A DNA stretch of 25,245 bases from a virus (lineage: Duplodnaviria; Caudoviricetes). Both the position numbers and the translations under genes were made by a program. The notes under the pieces were generated by a model. It did no database searches and was not told the origin of the DNA. It saw only the letters and a list, made by a program, of their open reading frames with translations. Shown here in pieces: positions 1 to 9,445 of the stretch; the first letter of the stretch is position 1; every line of letters begins with the position of its first letter. The DNA is taken from the IMG/VR virus record IMGVR_UViG_3300025723_001163, positions 1 through 25,245 of that record, one strand, 5' to 3'.

Positions 1-446
1 TTATACTTTTTAGTATAAAGCATTCCAGTAGAAGTTTTCTTTGAATCATGGCCAGTCAGTTCACCTGGTTTCTTAGGTAGTTGGCTTGGTTTACCTTTCC
101 AATTAAAAGGACTATCTTTTTTCTTTTCATCTTCTTCTTCAACAGGACGAACAACAGCAGAGTGTCCTTTTGCTGCAGCTTTATTATCGTGTTTCTTTAA
201 AACTTGGCCACCAATTTTTTCTGGTGGTTCCATGCCTTCAGAATGTGGCTTAGAAGTAACAGGATACTTTTTACCTTGAAATTCAAAGTGTGATTGTCCT
301 GCTTTTCTAGCTGCATGTGCTGCTTTGTGGAAACCAGTTTCATCTAGTTCTGGTTCTAGAAGCATCTTCTTTTTTTCATCTGCTTCCATGATTGCTTTTG
401 TTGCATCAATTAAAGCTTGTGATACTAAAGGTTTGGTAAACATCAT
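1..446 (-). CDS. Partial ORF running off the left edge; probable internal head/virion protein (MMFTKPLVSQALIDATKAIMEADEKK...)
   Basis: Absent from ORF track. ATG at 446 overlaps the TGA of the upstream gene (ATGA), AGGAG just upstream, frame open to position 1; charged low-complexity sequence with IME/LLE/LDE motifs resembling T4 gp21 cleavage sites. Confidence 0.75.
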   Translation of the reverse strand, partial: MMFTKPLVSQALIDATKAIMEADEKKKMLLEPELDETGFHKAAHAARKAGQSHFEFQGKKYPVTSKPHSEGMEPPEKIGGQVLKKHDNKAAAKGHSAVVRPVEEEDEKKKDSPFNWKGKPSQLPKKPGELTGHDSKKTSTGMLYTKKY

Positions 447-2263
447 TTTTCTCCTGTCTTTTTCTTTTTCTTAATAGTTATTCCCGATTGCCCATACTTA
501 TCCGCCGGAGTCTCTAAAGGTTCTTTGTTACTTGCACCACCAAGAGTTCCACTCACACCAGATTGTCCCGTTAGTCCAAAATCAAAAATTGATTCTTTAA
601 ACTTCTTCAAACTCTTTTTCTTTTCAGCCAATGGATTTGGACTTACCATCCTAGGTTTGCCTGCAAAGTCTGCAACATCGTCATTATTAAATTCTGTTGC
701 TTCTCTATACGTTTGGTCTCCAAGACCAGCACCAGCTGCACCAGTGGTTGCTCTAGAGTCAAATGTAGAACCTACACCATCGGCCGTACCTATTCTAGCT
801 GCACTTAAAGACCTATTGCCACGTTTTAACAATTTTGTCTTATTTGCATCCATGTTAAAACGTTTTTCTACAGGTTCTGGATTCTTTGTCAAAACAGGAC
901 CAGATTCCGTATATGTATGTCCGCCGCCAATTCTAGTTGCATAATTACTGTTTTGTTTAATGTCACCATCACGGACATCATCTCTTTTACCTAACTTGGC
1001 TGCAAATTGCATGACAGGACTGTTATTATCTTTAAGTACCTTGTAACCTTTATCTCTTAGATTACTCTTCTGTACATCTTTAGCACCCTCGTAGAGGTTC
1101 AAGAATCTATTTGATTTATTGTATACAGACTCACCTAAAAAGTCTGATGTGCTTCTGTACAAATCGGTAATCTCTTCTTCTTTTAGGTCCAAACTATCAC
1201 TATTGTCAAAACACATAAATGTACCAAACATTTCAGTAAACACATTGACATTCTTGTGTGCTTTTTCCCACTTTGATTGCCTGACAGATTCGGCCATCAT
1301 TCTAGCTAAATGGGAATTACGTTCTTGGCTAACACTATTAGTTGTGTCAACAAAAATCATCATGGTTTGATAACCAAGTTCTTCCAATTCTTCTTTGATA
1401 TGGTTAATTCTTTCTAAGTCATCAGCAGGACCATTGATGATTAATGGACCACGAGTTCTTATAGCTTCAAATCTTGGATTCATGGATCTCATGGCCAACT
1501 TATGTTTGTCATTGAGGATGTCCATAACTTGTGTAAAATTCAGTTCTACTGCTCTCGATTCTGCAATAGCTTCACGGAGAACAACATCTTTACCAGAACC
1601 AGGACCACCAGTAACAAAGATAGCCTTATGGTGACCATGAGTGTAACTCTCATGTAAACCCATACCTTTACGGACATCTTTCATCAATTCTCTTGCATGT
1701 TCATCTTTGACATGATGTGGAACACCTTGTCTGAATGAAGAGAAATCATTGTTCTTAGCATGTTCACGCATTTTGGTGCCAGACATACCTTCTGCACCTT
1801 CAGCATCAGGATCACGATGTCCTGCTGAATGAACTGTAATCTTTTTAAAGTTATAATGACCGTGACCTGCTTTCACACCATTATACTTGTGCAATAAAGA
1901 ATGCATTTCTTTTACACGGTCTGATCCTGCAATCACATGTAAGTGGTCTGCGCCTTGAGCATGTAACTTGGCTGCATAATGCATAATTGTCGGATGCTCT
2001 TTTGACGATGTTTCGAAATGAGTACCTGGTGAATATCTTTTTAGGTGTTTGACTTTTTGGTCACCAGACAATGGATTCTTTTTAGCATCCTGCGAATGTG
2101 ATACGACAACAGTAGGCTTTGTTTTATGTTTAGAAGCTACTTCACGGACCTTGTCAATCAACTTCAAATGGCCGGTCGTAGGTGGATTCATGCGACCAAA
2201 AGCCATAACCGCATGTTTTTCTTTTCCAGTTTCTTCTTCAATAATCTCTAAGAATGACTTCAT
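443..2263 (-). CDS. HIGH-motif nucleotidyltransferase (phage cytidyltransferase/NMNAT-like) fused to a P-loop kinase-like domain and a low-complexity tail; probable internal virion protein
   Basis: FGRMNPPTTGH (T/HxGH), AGSDR and MSGTKMR (SxTxxR) in aa 1-200; IFVTGGPGSGKD and GYQTMMIFV..ERN in aa 213-380; N-terminus MKSFLEIIEE resembles T4 capsid-targeting sequence. Confidence 0.8.
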   Translation of the reverse strand: MKSFLEIIEEETGKEKHAVMAFGRMNPPTTGHLKLIDKVREVASKHKTKPTVVVSHSQDAKKNPLSGDQKVKHLKRYSPGTHFETSSKEHPTIMHYAAKLHAQGADHLHVIAGSDRVKEMHSLLHKYNGVKAGHGHYNFKKITVHSAGHRDPDAEGAEGMSGTKMREHAKNNDFSSFRQGVPHHVKDEHARELMKDVRKGMGLHESYTHGHHKAIFVTGGPGSGKDVVLREAIAESRAVELNFTQVMDILNDKHKLAMRSMNPRFEAIRTRGPLIINGPADDLERINHIKEELEELGYQTMMIFVDTTNSVSQERNSHLARMMAESVRQSKWEKAHKNVNVFTEMFGTFMCFDNSDSLDLKEEEITDLYRSTSDFLGESVYNKSNRFLNLYEGAKDVQKSNLRDKGYKVLKDNNSPVMQFAAKLGKRDDVRDGDIKQNSNYATRIGGGHTYTESGPVLTKNPEPVEKRFNMDANKTKLLKRGNRSLSAARIGTADGVGSTFDSRATTGAAGAGLGDQTYREATEFNNDDVADFAGKPRMVSPNPLAEKKKSLKKFKESIFDFGLTGQSGVSGTLGGASNKEPLETPADKYGQSGITIKKKKKTGEK

Positions 2264-3444
2264 TTTCTGACTTTAAGTAAATTAGCTCTTGCAAATTCTG
2301 CACGATTGACCAACTTAGTAGGTTCTCCTGCATGGTTTACAACAAAACCTTCTGGACCTGTTTTCTTACCATCAATATGATGTTCCAGTCCGCCTTCATG
2401 GTGTTGCAAAGTATTAACCAATACGTTCTTGGCCTTTTGCAAATGACTGTGCATCTTTAATAGATTATCATAATGGGTCTTATTCTTTTCAATATGACTC
2501 ACATGAGGATCAGCTTCTTTTTCTCTTTTAATAATACCGGCCGGTGTCTTTAACTTAGCTGCAGCCTTCTTATACTTATCTTTAATGTGTTTTTTCAAAC
2601 CTTCTGAACTTGGTTCATCACCTGTTCGAACAGTATGATTTATATAAGTTGATAGATGTCCTGTTTCTCCCATATGGCTAGTTGCAATATGGTTGTACAT
2701 ATCAGGATGTTTCTTGTGAATTGCTTCAGCCGCATCCATATGTTTCTGGAACTCATTCTGGTCTTTATCAGAATAATGTACTTGCCTAGTGTCATGGTTT
2801 GGCGACTTTTGCCAAACGTCTGGATGCTGTTTAAAGTTATGTAAGTCTGGATGTGGATCAGCCTTCATGGAAGTAATGTCTTTTCCATGATACTGTGTAT
2901 GTGTTACCACACCAACTTTAGACCTTTTAACTCTTTCAGCTTCATCACCTTTAGCTGTATAAGTGATAGTATTAGGTGTAAACGATACTTTACCACCACG
3001 TTTGTGTTCCAAATCTTCACCGGAGTGCATCATGTCACCTTGATATACACCAGTCTTAGGTGCAATTTTCTTTAGGTGATTGAGACCTGCATGGAGTTTA
3101 TCCATAAGACCAGGCGCATGGCCATGGTTTTTCTCAATGTCTTTATGTGTATAGTTTAATTTTGGTGTCTTATTGAATGCGGATTTAGATGCAATAAAGA
3201 ACTTACCATTTTCTGGATGATGGCCAAAAACAATAGATGGAGAGCCATCATATTTCATGGTCAATGCAGAACTATTGCCACCAGACTTGATATGGTTATG
3301 AGACTGCATTAATGCACCCTTAGCATGTTCAAATCCTTTAGCACCATGAAATAAAGGTCTATCCTCCGCATGATGGATGTGCTTGAGCTTAGAACCTTCT
3401 TCCGATTCTGCTTCTTCTTTCAAAAAGGTGATAAAACTTTTCAT
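2260..3444 (-). CDS. DUF6267-type T4-like phage protein with ATP-dependent ligase-like motifs; probable internal virion protein
   Basis: TMKYDGSP (KxDG motif I), YQGDMM, PEGFVV (motif IV), KLVNRAEF (motif V-like). Start moved from track TTG 3462 to ATG 3444 (AAGGA upstream, MKSFITFLKEE N-terminus). Confidence 0.7.
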   Translation of the reverse strand: MKSFITFLKEEAESEEGSKLKHIHHAEDRPLFHGAKGFEHAKGALMQSHNHIKSGGNSSALTMKYDGSPSIVFGHHPENGKFFIASKSAFNKTPKLNYTHKDIEKNHGHAPGLMDKLHAGLNHLKKIAPKTGVYQGDMMHSGEDLEHKRGGKVSFTPNTITYTAKGDEAERVKRSKVGVVTHTQYHGKDITSMKADPHPDLHNFKQHPDVWQKSPNHDTRQVHYSDKDQNEFQKHMDAAEAIHKKHPDMYNHIATSHMGETGHLSTYINHTVRTGDEPSSEGLKKHIKDKYKKAAAKLKTPAGIIKREKEADPHVSHIEKNKTHYDNLLKMHSHLQKAKNVLVNTLQHHEGGLEHHIDGKKTGPEGFVVNHAGEPTKLVNRAEFARANLLKVRK

Positions 3445-3484
3445 AGTTCCTTGGACTTGCAATACACTTTGATTGCCATAAAGT

Positions 3485-3492
3485 TATTTATA
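3485..3492 (-). promoter_or_regulatory. T4-type late promoter TATAAATA
   Basis: Exact gp55 consensus, intergenic, 41 nt upstream of ATG 3444 and correctly oriented. Confidence 0.85.
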
Positions 3493-3545
3493 ATACTTTT
3501 TACTTTGTATGCTAAAACCTTATAAAGATTGAGGAGAATACATAG

Positions 3546-4232
3546 TCAATAATTCTCGATGGTGCCGTTGCCGGCCAACCATCCAGACACATGAATCTTG
3601 TCAAATTCTACTAAATGTTCTTTTGGAATGTTGACAAAGGTGGCATGCTCAAAGTCCATATATTGATACAATAGTTCACCTTTTGCACAAACCTGCATAT
3701 AATTCTCTATTAAAGACGGACAAAAAGAGAACATCCTGGTAATTAATAGGTGTGTAGCACCATGAATTGGTTGAGGCATCCATGTTGGAATACGCTTCTT
3801 GAAGACATATTTGCCAAACAAACCATCGTAAGCACTTAGGTCAAAGCCATCTTCCAATAATGACCGACCAGATATCTTAAAGATTCGTTTAACATCTGCC
3901 ATAAATGGTTGTTGTTTAAGAACACCTAAAGCATTAAATGACAAAGCGCCTTCTGCCCAAGACTTCATATCTTTGGATGAGTAATCATGTACTTGAGGCA
4001 CTTGATTCATATCCATAAAGTAATTGGACTTAGCTAAGAGAATCTCCTTCTCTTCTCTCCTCAAATGAAAGACAGATGCATCAGCTAATACAATAATTGC
4101 ATCAGGAACCTTTTGCCTAATGGAATCCAATGTGGCCACGGTTTGTTCAAACCTTTGGACATGGTTATAAAACCTGGTATTTAAAGCTTTAATAGCGGAG
4201 GTTACAAAGAACAGGTTTTTATTTGGTAACAT
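3546..4232 (-). CDS. Putative glycosyltransferase-like protein of unknown specificity
   Basis: GT-A-like start (LFFVTSAI..RFEQT..SI..IIVLADAS), FKISGR motif, last gene of the sugar cluster, overlaps upstream ORF. Confidence 0.5.
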   Translation of the reverse strand: MLPNKNLFFVTSAIKALNTRFYNHVQRFEQTVATLDSIRQKVPDAIIVLADASVFHLRREEKEILLAKSNYFMDMNQVPQVHDYSSKDMKSWAEGALSFNALGVLKQQPFMADVKRIFKISGRSLLEDGFDLSAYDGLFGKYVFKKRIPTWMPQPIHGATHLLITRMFSFCPSLIENYMQVCAKGELLYQYMDFEHATFVNIPKEHLVEFDKIHVSGWLAGNGTIENY

Positions 4233-4671
4233 AATTTTTTCTTATTAATCCAACGTAGTCGCTACAGACAGCATAGCAATTATACTGCTCTTCTAAGAAG
4301 TTGTCAAGCGTTTCAGGCATAACGGTAACACTACGGTCTGTTAGTTCTTTGCCAGGATAAGTCCAGATATAATGTCTACTGGTCATTGTAAAGTCATCAT
4401 TTTGATGCCAGAAGTAATGTAGGTCTGTTGTGGATAGCCAATGAAGTGCATCTAGATTCTTCGCATGAATCCATATACCATGAAGCCTCAGAAAATCAGG
4501 CTTAATGAAGTATTGAGGCTCATCATGTCCTAAGAATAATTCACCATCTACTCTCCAAAGGTCAACTTCAGAATCAAAGTTCAATTTGAAAGCAGTAATG
4601 ATTTGGTCTGGATGATTCTCAAGTTCTTTGTCTGGTCCATCCATTAGACCTCTGTGTGCAATAAATTTCAT
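4219..4671 (-). CDS. Short glycerophosphodiester phosphodiesterase (GDPD/PLC-like) protein
   Basis: IAHRG...EN...EVDLW...LGHD catalytic pattern. Confidence 0.8.
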   Translation of the reverse strand: MKFIAHRGLMDGPDKELENHPDQIITAFKLNFDSEVDLWRVDGELFLGHDEPQYFIKPDFLRLHGIWIHAKNLDALHWLSTTDLHYFWHQNDDFTMTSRHYIWTYPGKELTDRSVTVMPETLDNFLEEQYNCYAVCSDYVGLIRKNYVTK

Positions 4672-5696
4672 AGATATAATCCTAATGTGTCGCTGTTGCG
4701 TTCAATGTTAATAGCTTCTGCTCTTGGATATGGATTAGCAATATCAAAGTCATTAATCAATAGACGCCTTGAATTATTTAATCCAGATAATAACGTATAA
4801 TTGACGAAACCTAACTTTTGTAATACTTTGTTTGTAACTTCATCGGTATATTTTTCCCTTGAAGTGGTAAAGATAAACATAGAACCATTCTTTTGTAGTT
4901 CCAATAACTTAGCAACATTGTTTGTCAATACTGTTGGTTCTTTATCATATGAATTATCACCAACACGGTTTTGTGCTTTGATGATTGTACCATCAATATC
5001 ACAGAATATTACAGGTTTGTCATTATATTCAAACCATTCTTTAGATGTACCAACGTCAACATAGTTGGTTGAAGTATTTTCAGAAAAGATATGGCCGTTC
5101 TGTAACATCACAGAGATAACATCAGATACAAACACTTCTCTTTCTTGTGAGATTGATTCAAACGCTTGTTTGTATTCTTTTACAGAATCAAACTTGTAAC
5201 CACCAACACAAAACTTATTGGAGACAACACGTTTCTCTATAATGCTGGTAACGATGCCTTGTTCATTCGATACAACAAAACTTTTGGCCTTGAGTCTATT
5301 GAGAACTTCATGGCTTGCTATATCTGAAGTGCAAATATAATTGCCATCTGAGTATTTGTGTGAGAAGAAACTATCACAATCTTTGACCATAAATGACCCA
5401 TCGGTGATATTGGCCAATTGTAGAATCTGGTAGACTGTTTCCGCAGGACCTTTGGTCACTTTTGGAATGATAACGACATTTACTTTATCACCCATTTCAT
5501 GTCGAATGAAACTAGTAGCATTATACTTTTCATCGTGTTCTTTCAGGACACCAATCGTAATATGAAGTCCTTTTTCCAGATAAGGTGCAACGGCCTTCTC
5601 CAACATAAACTTGTGTTCAAAATCATATAGCAGGTACTTTGGTTTCATGTTAGGGAAACGGCTTGAAAGACCGGCTGCAGGTACAATTATTTCCAT
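4668..5696 (-). CDS. Sugar-phosphate nucleotidyltransferase (BcbE-like GT-A fold) fused to C-terminal HAD phosphatase (BcbF-like)
   Basis: IIVPAAGLSSRF..KPK, TKGPAET, DCD, EK, DVGT; C-terminal IFCDIDGT, FTTSR, LIND. Confidence 0.8.
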   Translation of the reverse strand: MEIIVPAAGLSSRFPNMKPKYLLYDFEHKFMLEKAVAPYLEKGLHITIGVLKEHDEKYNATSFIRHEMGDKVNVVIIPKVTKGPAETVYQILQLANITDGSFMVKDCDSFFSHKYSDGNYICTSDIASHEVLNRLKAKSFVVSNEQGIVTSIIEKRVVSNKFCVGGYKFDSVKEYKQAFESISQEREVFVSDVISVMLQNGHIFSENTSTNYVDVGTSKEWFEYNDKPVIFCDIDGTIIKAQNRVGDNSYDKEPTVLTNNVAKLLELQKNGSMFIFTTSREKYTDEVTNKVLQKLGFVNYTLLSGLNNSRRLLINDFDIANPYPRAEAINIERNSDTLGLYL

Positions 5697-6454
5697 AATC
5701 TCTTAATCTCCTTCATAATAAAATTATATTCATAGTCACCCTTTGTTGTATGTAGGAACACACGGAGTAACATCAAAATTAATAAGCAGTCATTATTGGC
5801 TTGTGGATACAGGTTAAGCAATCTTTTTTGTATGGTTACAAGTTTAGAACCTATTCTTGTTCCTTCATATCTTAAAAACCAACGACACTCCAAGTCTTGC
5901 CTTAACTTTGCAATGTCAAAGATATATGAATCATATTCAATAGTCACGGCATCTATCAGGTAGAATCCTGTGTCTGCATGTATGATATTTTCTAATGTCA
6001 AATCACCAAAGTACATGGTCTTTGGTAAAATCTTCGGTAACTTATCAATTAACTCTTGTTTGGTAAATGGAAAGACTTCTGTTGTTGTGTCCATCCAAGC
6101 CAGTTTCTTTTCATAAACTGGTGTATAGTCAAAGTGTGAGTCTATACAATTATTTTTAAAATTGTCTAATACTTGGTGCAAGAATATTTCCAATTGCCTT
6201 GTATTGTTAGCAATCAGATAACTCTTCATGTCTAAGCCATGAATATACTCCATATCAAATGAATCATCATTTATACGGAGTATTTTGGGTACAGGAAACC
6301 CAGCATCCCACAGAGTTGTGAGTCTTTCTACATTTCTTCTGGTATTGCCAACTTTGCGGACAAAAAGATTTTCATCCTGCATCAAATAGATTTCACTACC
6401 AGAATGACCATTCAAGGTTTTAACTTGCTTTGGTCCACTTGTCATAGTCATCAC
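5687..6454 (-). CDS. APH/choline-kinase-fold small-molecule (probably sugar) kinase
   Basis: GHSGS loop, VRK, MEYIHG hinge, GDLTLENI catalytic loop, LID, DIAKL; start may be ATG 6454, 6451 or 6445. Confidence 0.75.
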   Translation of the reverse strand: MMTMTSGPKQVKTLNGHSGSEIYLMQDENLFVRKVGNTRRNVERLTTLWDAGFPVPKILRINDDSFDMEYIHGLDMKSYLIANNTRQLEIFLHQVLDNFKNNCIDSHFDYTPVYEKKLAWMDTTTEVFPFTKQELIDKLPKILPKTMYFGDLTLENIIHADTGFYLIDAVTIEYDSYIFDIAKLRQDLECRWFLRYEGTRIGSKLVTIQKRLLNLYPQANNDCLLILMLLRVFLHTTKGDYEYNFIMKEIKRLWK

Positions 6455-7124
6455 GAATTAAAGAATGCCAAGTACCATTATGTGGGCCAGGTGGGAATGG
6501 GTTGTTCATGTTAACATATTGTAGTTTTGGTCCAAATAGATTATGTTCATGTAGATTGGCTCTCATCAAGTCTTCACCAATAAATGATGTACCTGCATGA
6601 TAATAGTTATCTAGGTTCAAGAATGTTGACATGTATTTGTCCATATTTCTTTGAGAACTAAATGCAAACTGGTCATTACCAAAGTCTCTAGTTGGTACCA
6701 TTCTACAATTAGGAATGTATAACATATCATTCGTCAAATCTTCAAATGGAATCTTTACATTCAATGCATAATCTGTACGACTACGAATGACCCAATCATA
6801 TTCCATCTCTTCTGTTGTAGAATAGTAGGTCATTAATTCACGACATTTATTCATGGAGAAGAACATTGAATAAGTGAATCTAGGTGGATACTTTTGTGCA
6901 TTTGGTGTGTTGGTATATTTTCTATCTACATCCAACTGCAACAAAGGAGCATAGGAGTATCGAACTGGTTTATACAAGTCAACCATCTTCGACACAACAT
7001 CATCAACTTTCCAAGTATGAAAGAACACATCTACGTCATAATGATCCAATAGATTTTTCTTGTAGTATTCATATCCTTTTTCAACAGAACGGGCTTGGCC
7101 GGAGAAACATAATGCAATTTTCAT
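6420..7124 (-). CDS. Putative glycosyltransferase-like protein (SGQxR...RxD family)
   Basis: MKIALCFSGQAR, DVFFHTW, YDWVIRSRTD, NDQFA pattern typical of polysaccharide-locus proteins; distant paralogue of 9442..10125. Confidence 0.6.
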   Translation of the reverse strand: MKIALCFSGQARSVEKGYEYYKKNLLDHYDVDVFFHTWKVDDVVSKMVDLYKPVRYSYAPLLQLDVDRKYTNTPNAQKYPPRFTYSMFFSMNKCRELMTYYSTTEEMEYDWVIRSRTDYALNVKIPFEDLTNDMLYIPNCRMVPTRDFGNDQFAFSSQRNMDKYMSTFLNLDNYYHAGTSFIGEDLMRANLHEHNLFGPKLQYVNMNNPFPPGPHNGTWHSLIRDDYDKWTKAS

Positions 7125-8266
7125 TTGAACACCTTATTGAGTCTAGTTAAGTGTCTACCACCATCAAACGTTGTTTTCAACCATATATCAACCATTGCTG
7201 AAAACTTTTCTTCATCCACATATTTGGATGGAACAGCAAAGTGATTTGCACAATTGTGTTTGATAGAAAACTCTGCTGTATATTCATCAAACGTCAAAGC
7301 ACTAATCACACCTGATTGTCCTGCCGCAATGTTAACACCTTGGCCTGACCGACAGAATGAAATACCAAATTCACAAGTATTGTTTCGTATCAACTCAGTT
7401 GATTGGCTAATGTAATCATAGTAATCACATGGTTTATCAACATAAGTTCCAACGTCAATATACTTAATACCTTTATTATCTAGGACTTTTTTGGCCATTT
7501 CTTTTGCATCAAAACCAGAATGGTCAGAAGCTAATGCAATAGGTTTATCACCAAACTTTGCAATCACTCTTTTACGAAAGAACTCAAAACTATCTACATC
7601 ACCAAGGACATGCATCTTCTCCGTTTCAACGGTTGTTATCTTCAAACAATCTTTAATCATGTGATTGTATAATGGTGCAATATAGAAATCTTTGTCTGAG
7701 GTGTGATTCTGTTCAACAAACTTGGCATATTTCAAAAACAACTCACCAGTTTTGAAGTAGTATAGGCCAACATTTGCGTGTCTAGATATAACTTGTTTCT
7801 CTGCAACACGTACTACAAATCCTTTTGAATCAATATCACAATAACTATGGTCTGGACTATTGGCTAAGAAGGTTAAAAGAAAACCATCACAATCAGGTGC
7901 ATTACTTAGGTTAAATGTTGGTTGGAAGTATACATCAGGTGTATAAATGTAAAGTGGCAAATCTTCATCAATGTGTTCTTCTGCTTTCAGACAAGTATCT
8001 AAAGCACCACGAGTTTCACCATCCACAACACATATTGTTACATTACCAAACTTTGATTTTAGAATCTCATCGATACCATAATCATAAACATGTTCCAAAC
8101 GAACAATGAAAATCAAATTACAATCGGTGATATCAATAGATGACATAGACCAATCGATGATGTGTTTGTCCTTGGCCATAATTAATGACTTAGGCATAGT
8201 ATAACCAGCATCAATAAAATTTTGAGCCTTACCTGCAATAGGTAAGATTACATTATACTTTTTCAT
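7121..8266 (-). CDS. Sugar nucleotidyltransferase-like domain (BcbE-like) fused to RpiB/LacAB sugar-phosphate isomerase
   Basis: VILPIAG..MPKSLI, TRGALDT, AEK, GLYYF, FYIAPLYN; C-terminal IALASDHSG, DYYD, CRSGQG, HNCAN, FDGGRHLTRL. ATG 8266 preferred over track start 8278. Confidence 0.85.
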   Translation of the reverse strand: MKKYNVILPIAGKAQNFIDAGYTMPKSLIMAKDKHIIDWSMSSIDITDCNLIFIVRLEHVYDYGIDEILKSKFGNVTICVVDGETRGALDTCLKAEEHIDEDLPLYIYTPDVYFQPTFNLSNAPDCDGFLLTFLANSPDHSYCDIDSKGFVVRVAEKQVISRHANVGLYYFKTGELFLKYAKFVEQNHTSDKDFYIAPLYNHMIKDCLKITTVETEKMHVLGDVDSFEFFRKRVIAKFGDKPIALASDHSGFDAKEMAKKVLDNKGIKYIDVGTYVDKPCDYYDYISQSTELIRNNTCEFGISFCRSGQGVNIAAGQSGVISALTFDEYTAEFSIKHNCANHFAVPSKYVDEEKFSAMVDIWLKTTFDGGRHLTRLNKVFK

Positions 8267-8927
8267 TATACATTCCAATTAATTTTGAGGCCATGTTGTG
8301 AGCATAACTGATAGATGTTTCTGCTGATCCAGATTTAAATAGTTCATATAAGAAACAACTAGCAAACATATCACCTGCACCCAAAACGTTGGCATTTTTT
8401 ACAAAAAGGTCTGGTTGAATAAAGAATGCCTTCTTATCATTCTTGGTATAAACCGTACTTCCTACTGAAGTGTGTACAATGACAGCACCTCTGATATGTT
8501 CTACTAATTCGTCCAAGTCATACATCTCTTCATATGACACAAACAAATAGTCCACATACTTTAGTGATTGTACATCAACTTTTGGTCCTTTGCAAGTGTC
8601 CGCAGTAACTATACCATCCAGTTTGGAGATAAAGTCTGTATTTTGTAATTGATTGATGTATAGGATATGTGAAATACTAGCAGGCTTAATGATAGGTTCT
8701 AATGTATAAGAGTTTAGATTAGCCGTAGAATCTCTGGATGAATCGGTACGGTCAATGTATATGTCCGCTTCACCTATTGCAAATGGACACAATCCTAATT
8801 TAATATCTGCATCGATTTCTTTGAATGTTCTGACCATGTTGGCCATTGCACCAAATTCCATCGTTACATTATCACCGTCATGTATTGTATCTACTGTCAA
8901 ATGGCCATAAAGTGTAATATCAAACAT
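8253..8927 (-). CDS. PfkB/ribokinase-family carbohydrate kinase (short form)
   Basis: GHLTVD N-terminal motif and NVLGAGDMFA anion-hole motif. Confidence 0.8.
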   Translation of the reverse strand: MFDITLYGHLTVDTIHDGDNVTMEFGAMANMVRTFKEIDADIKLGLCPFAIGEADIYIDRTDSSRDSTANLNSYTLEPIIKPASISHILYINQLQNTDFISKLDGIVTADTCKGPKVDVQSLKYVDYLFVSYEEMYDLDELVEHIRGAVIVHTSVGSTVYTKNDKKAFFIQPDLFVKNANVLGAGDMFASCFLYELFKSGSAETSISYAHNMASKLIGMYNEKV

Positions 8928-9445
8928 TAGAATTTTTCCTTCGCATCAAGTTCATAGACCTTCTTCATATGCTCTTCAAAATCATACTTAGGTATTTCCT
9001 TGACACTCAAGTAATCAAACAATTGCATAATCATATTCTGGCCACCATTTATATTTAGCTCTTGTGCATGATTCTTCACATCCAATGGTGAATCTTTTGG
9101 ACAATAACTCTTAACAAGTTTCATCAGTCCAACATCAAAAATGTCATCACCAACAAAGACGATTTCACTAGGAGTAACGTTATAGTCTTTACAAATATCT
9201 TCCAGATACTCGGACTTATCTTTATCCCTAGAAACAATCACATCGATGATTCTATTATTAGCAATATTGACATTGAATGCATCACCTGTTAAGAACAAAA
9301 CATTGATTCCCAAAGCTCGAAAACGTTTGATGGCTGTCCAGTCTTTATCACAAAATGTTTTGTATCGTACTGTGCCATCTCGGTCATAGTATTTCTTTCC
9401 ATCTGTCATTACACCATCAACATCAAGTATCAATAATTTAATCAT
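8927..9445 (-). CDS. KdsC-like HAD sugar-phosphate phosphatase
   Basis: LILDVDGVMTDG, F..KD, LTG, K, FVGDDIFD. Confidence 0.85.
   Translation of the reverse strand: MIKLLILDVDGVMTDGKKYYDRDGTVRYKTFCDKDWTAIKRFRALGINVLFLTGDAFNVNIANNRIIDVIVSRDKDKSEYLEDICKDYNVTPSEIVFVGDDIFDVGLMKLVKSYCPKDSPLDVKNHAQELNINGGQNMIMQLFDYLSVKEIPKYDFEEHMKKVYELDAKEKF

Noticed and set aside
9052-9058. CTAAATA late-like box inside the KdsC-like gene
   Set aside because: Intragenic 7-mer expected by chance at this AT content
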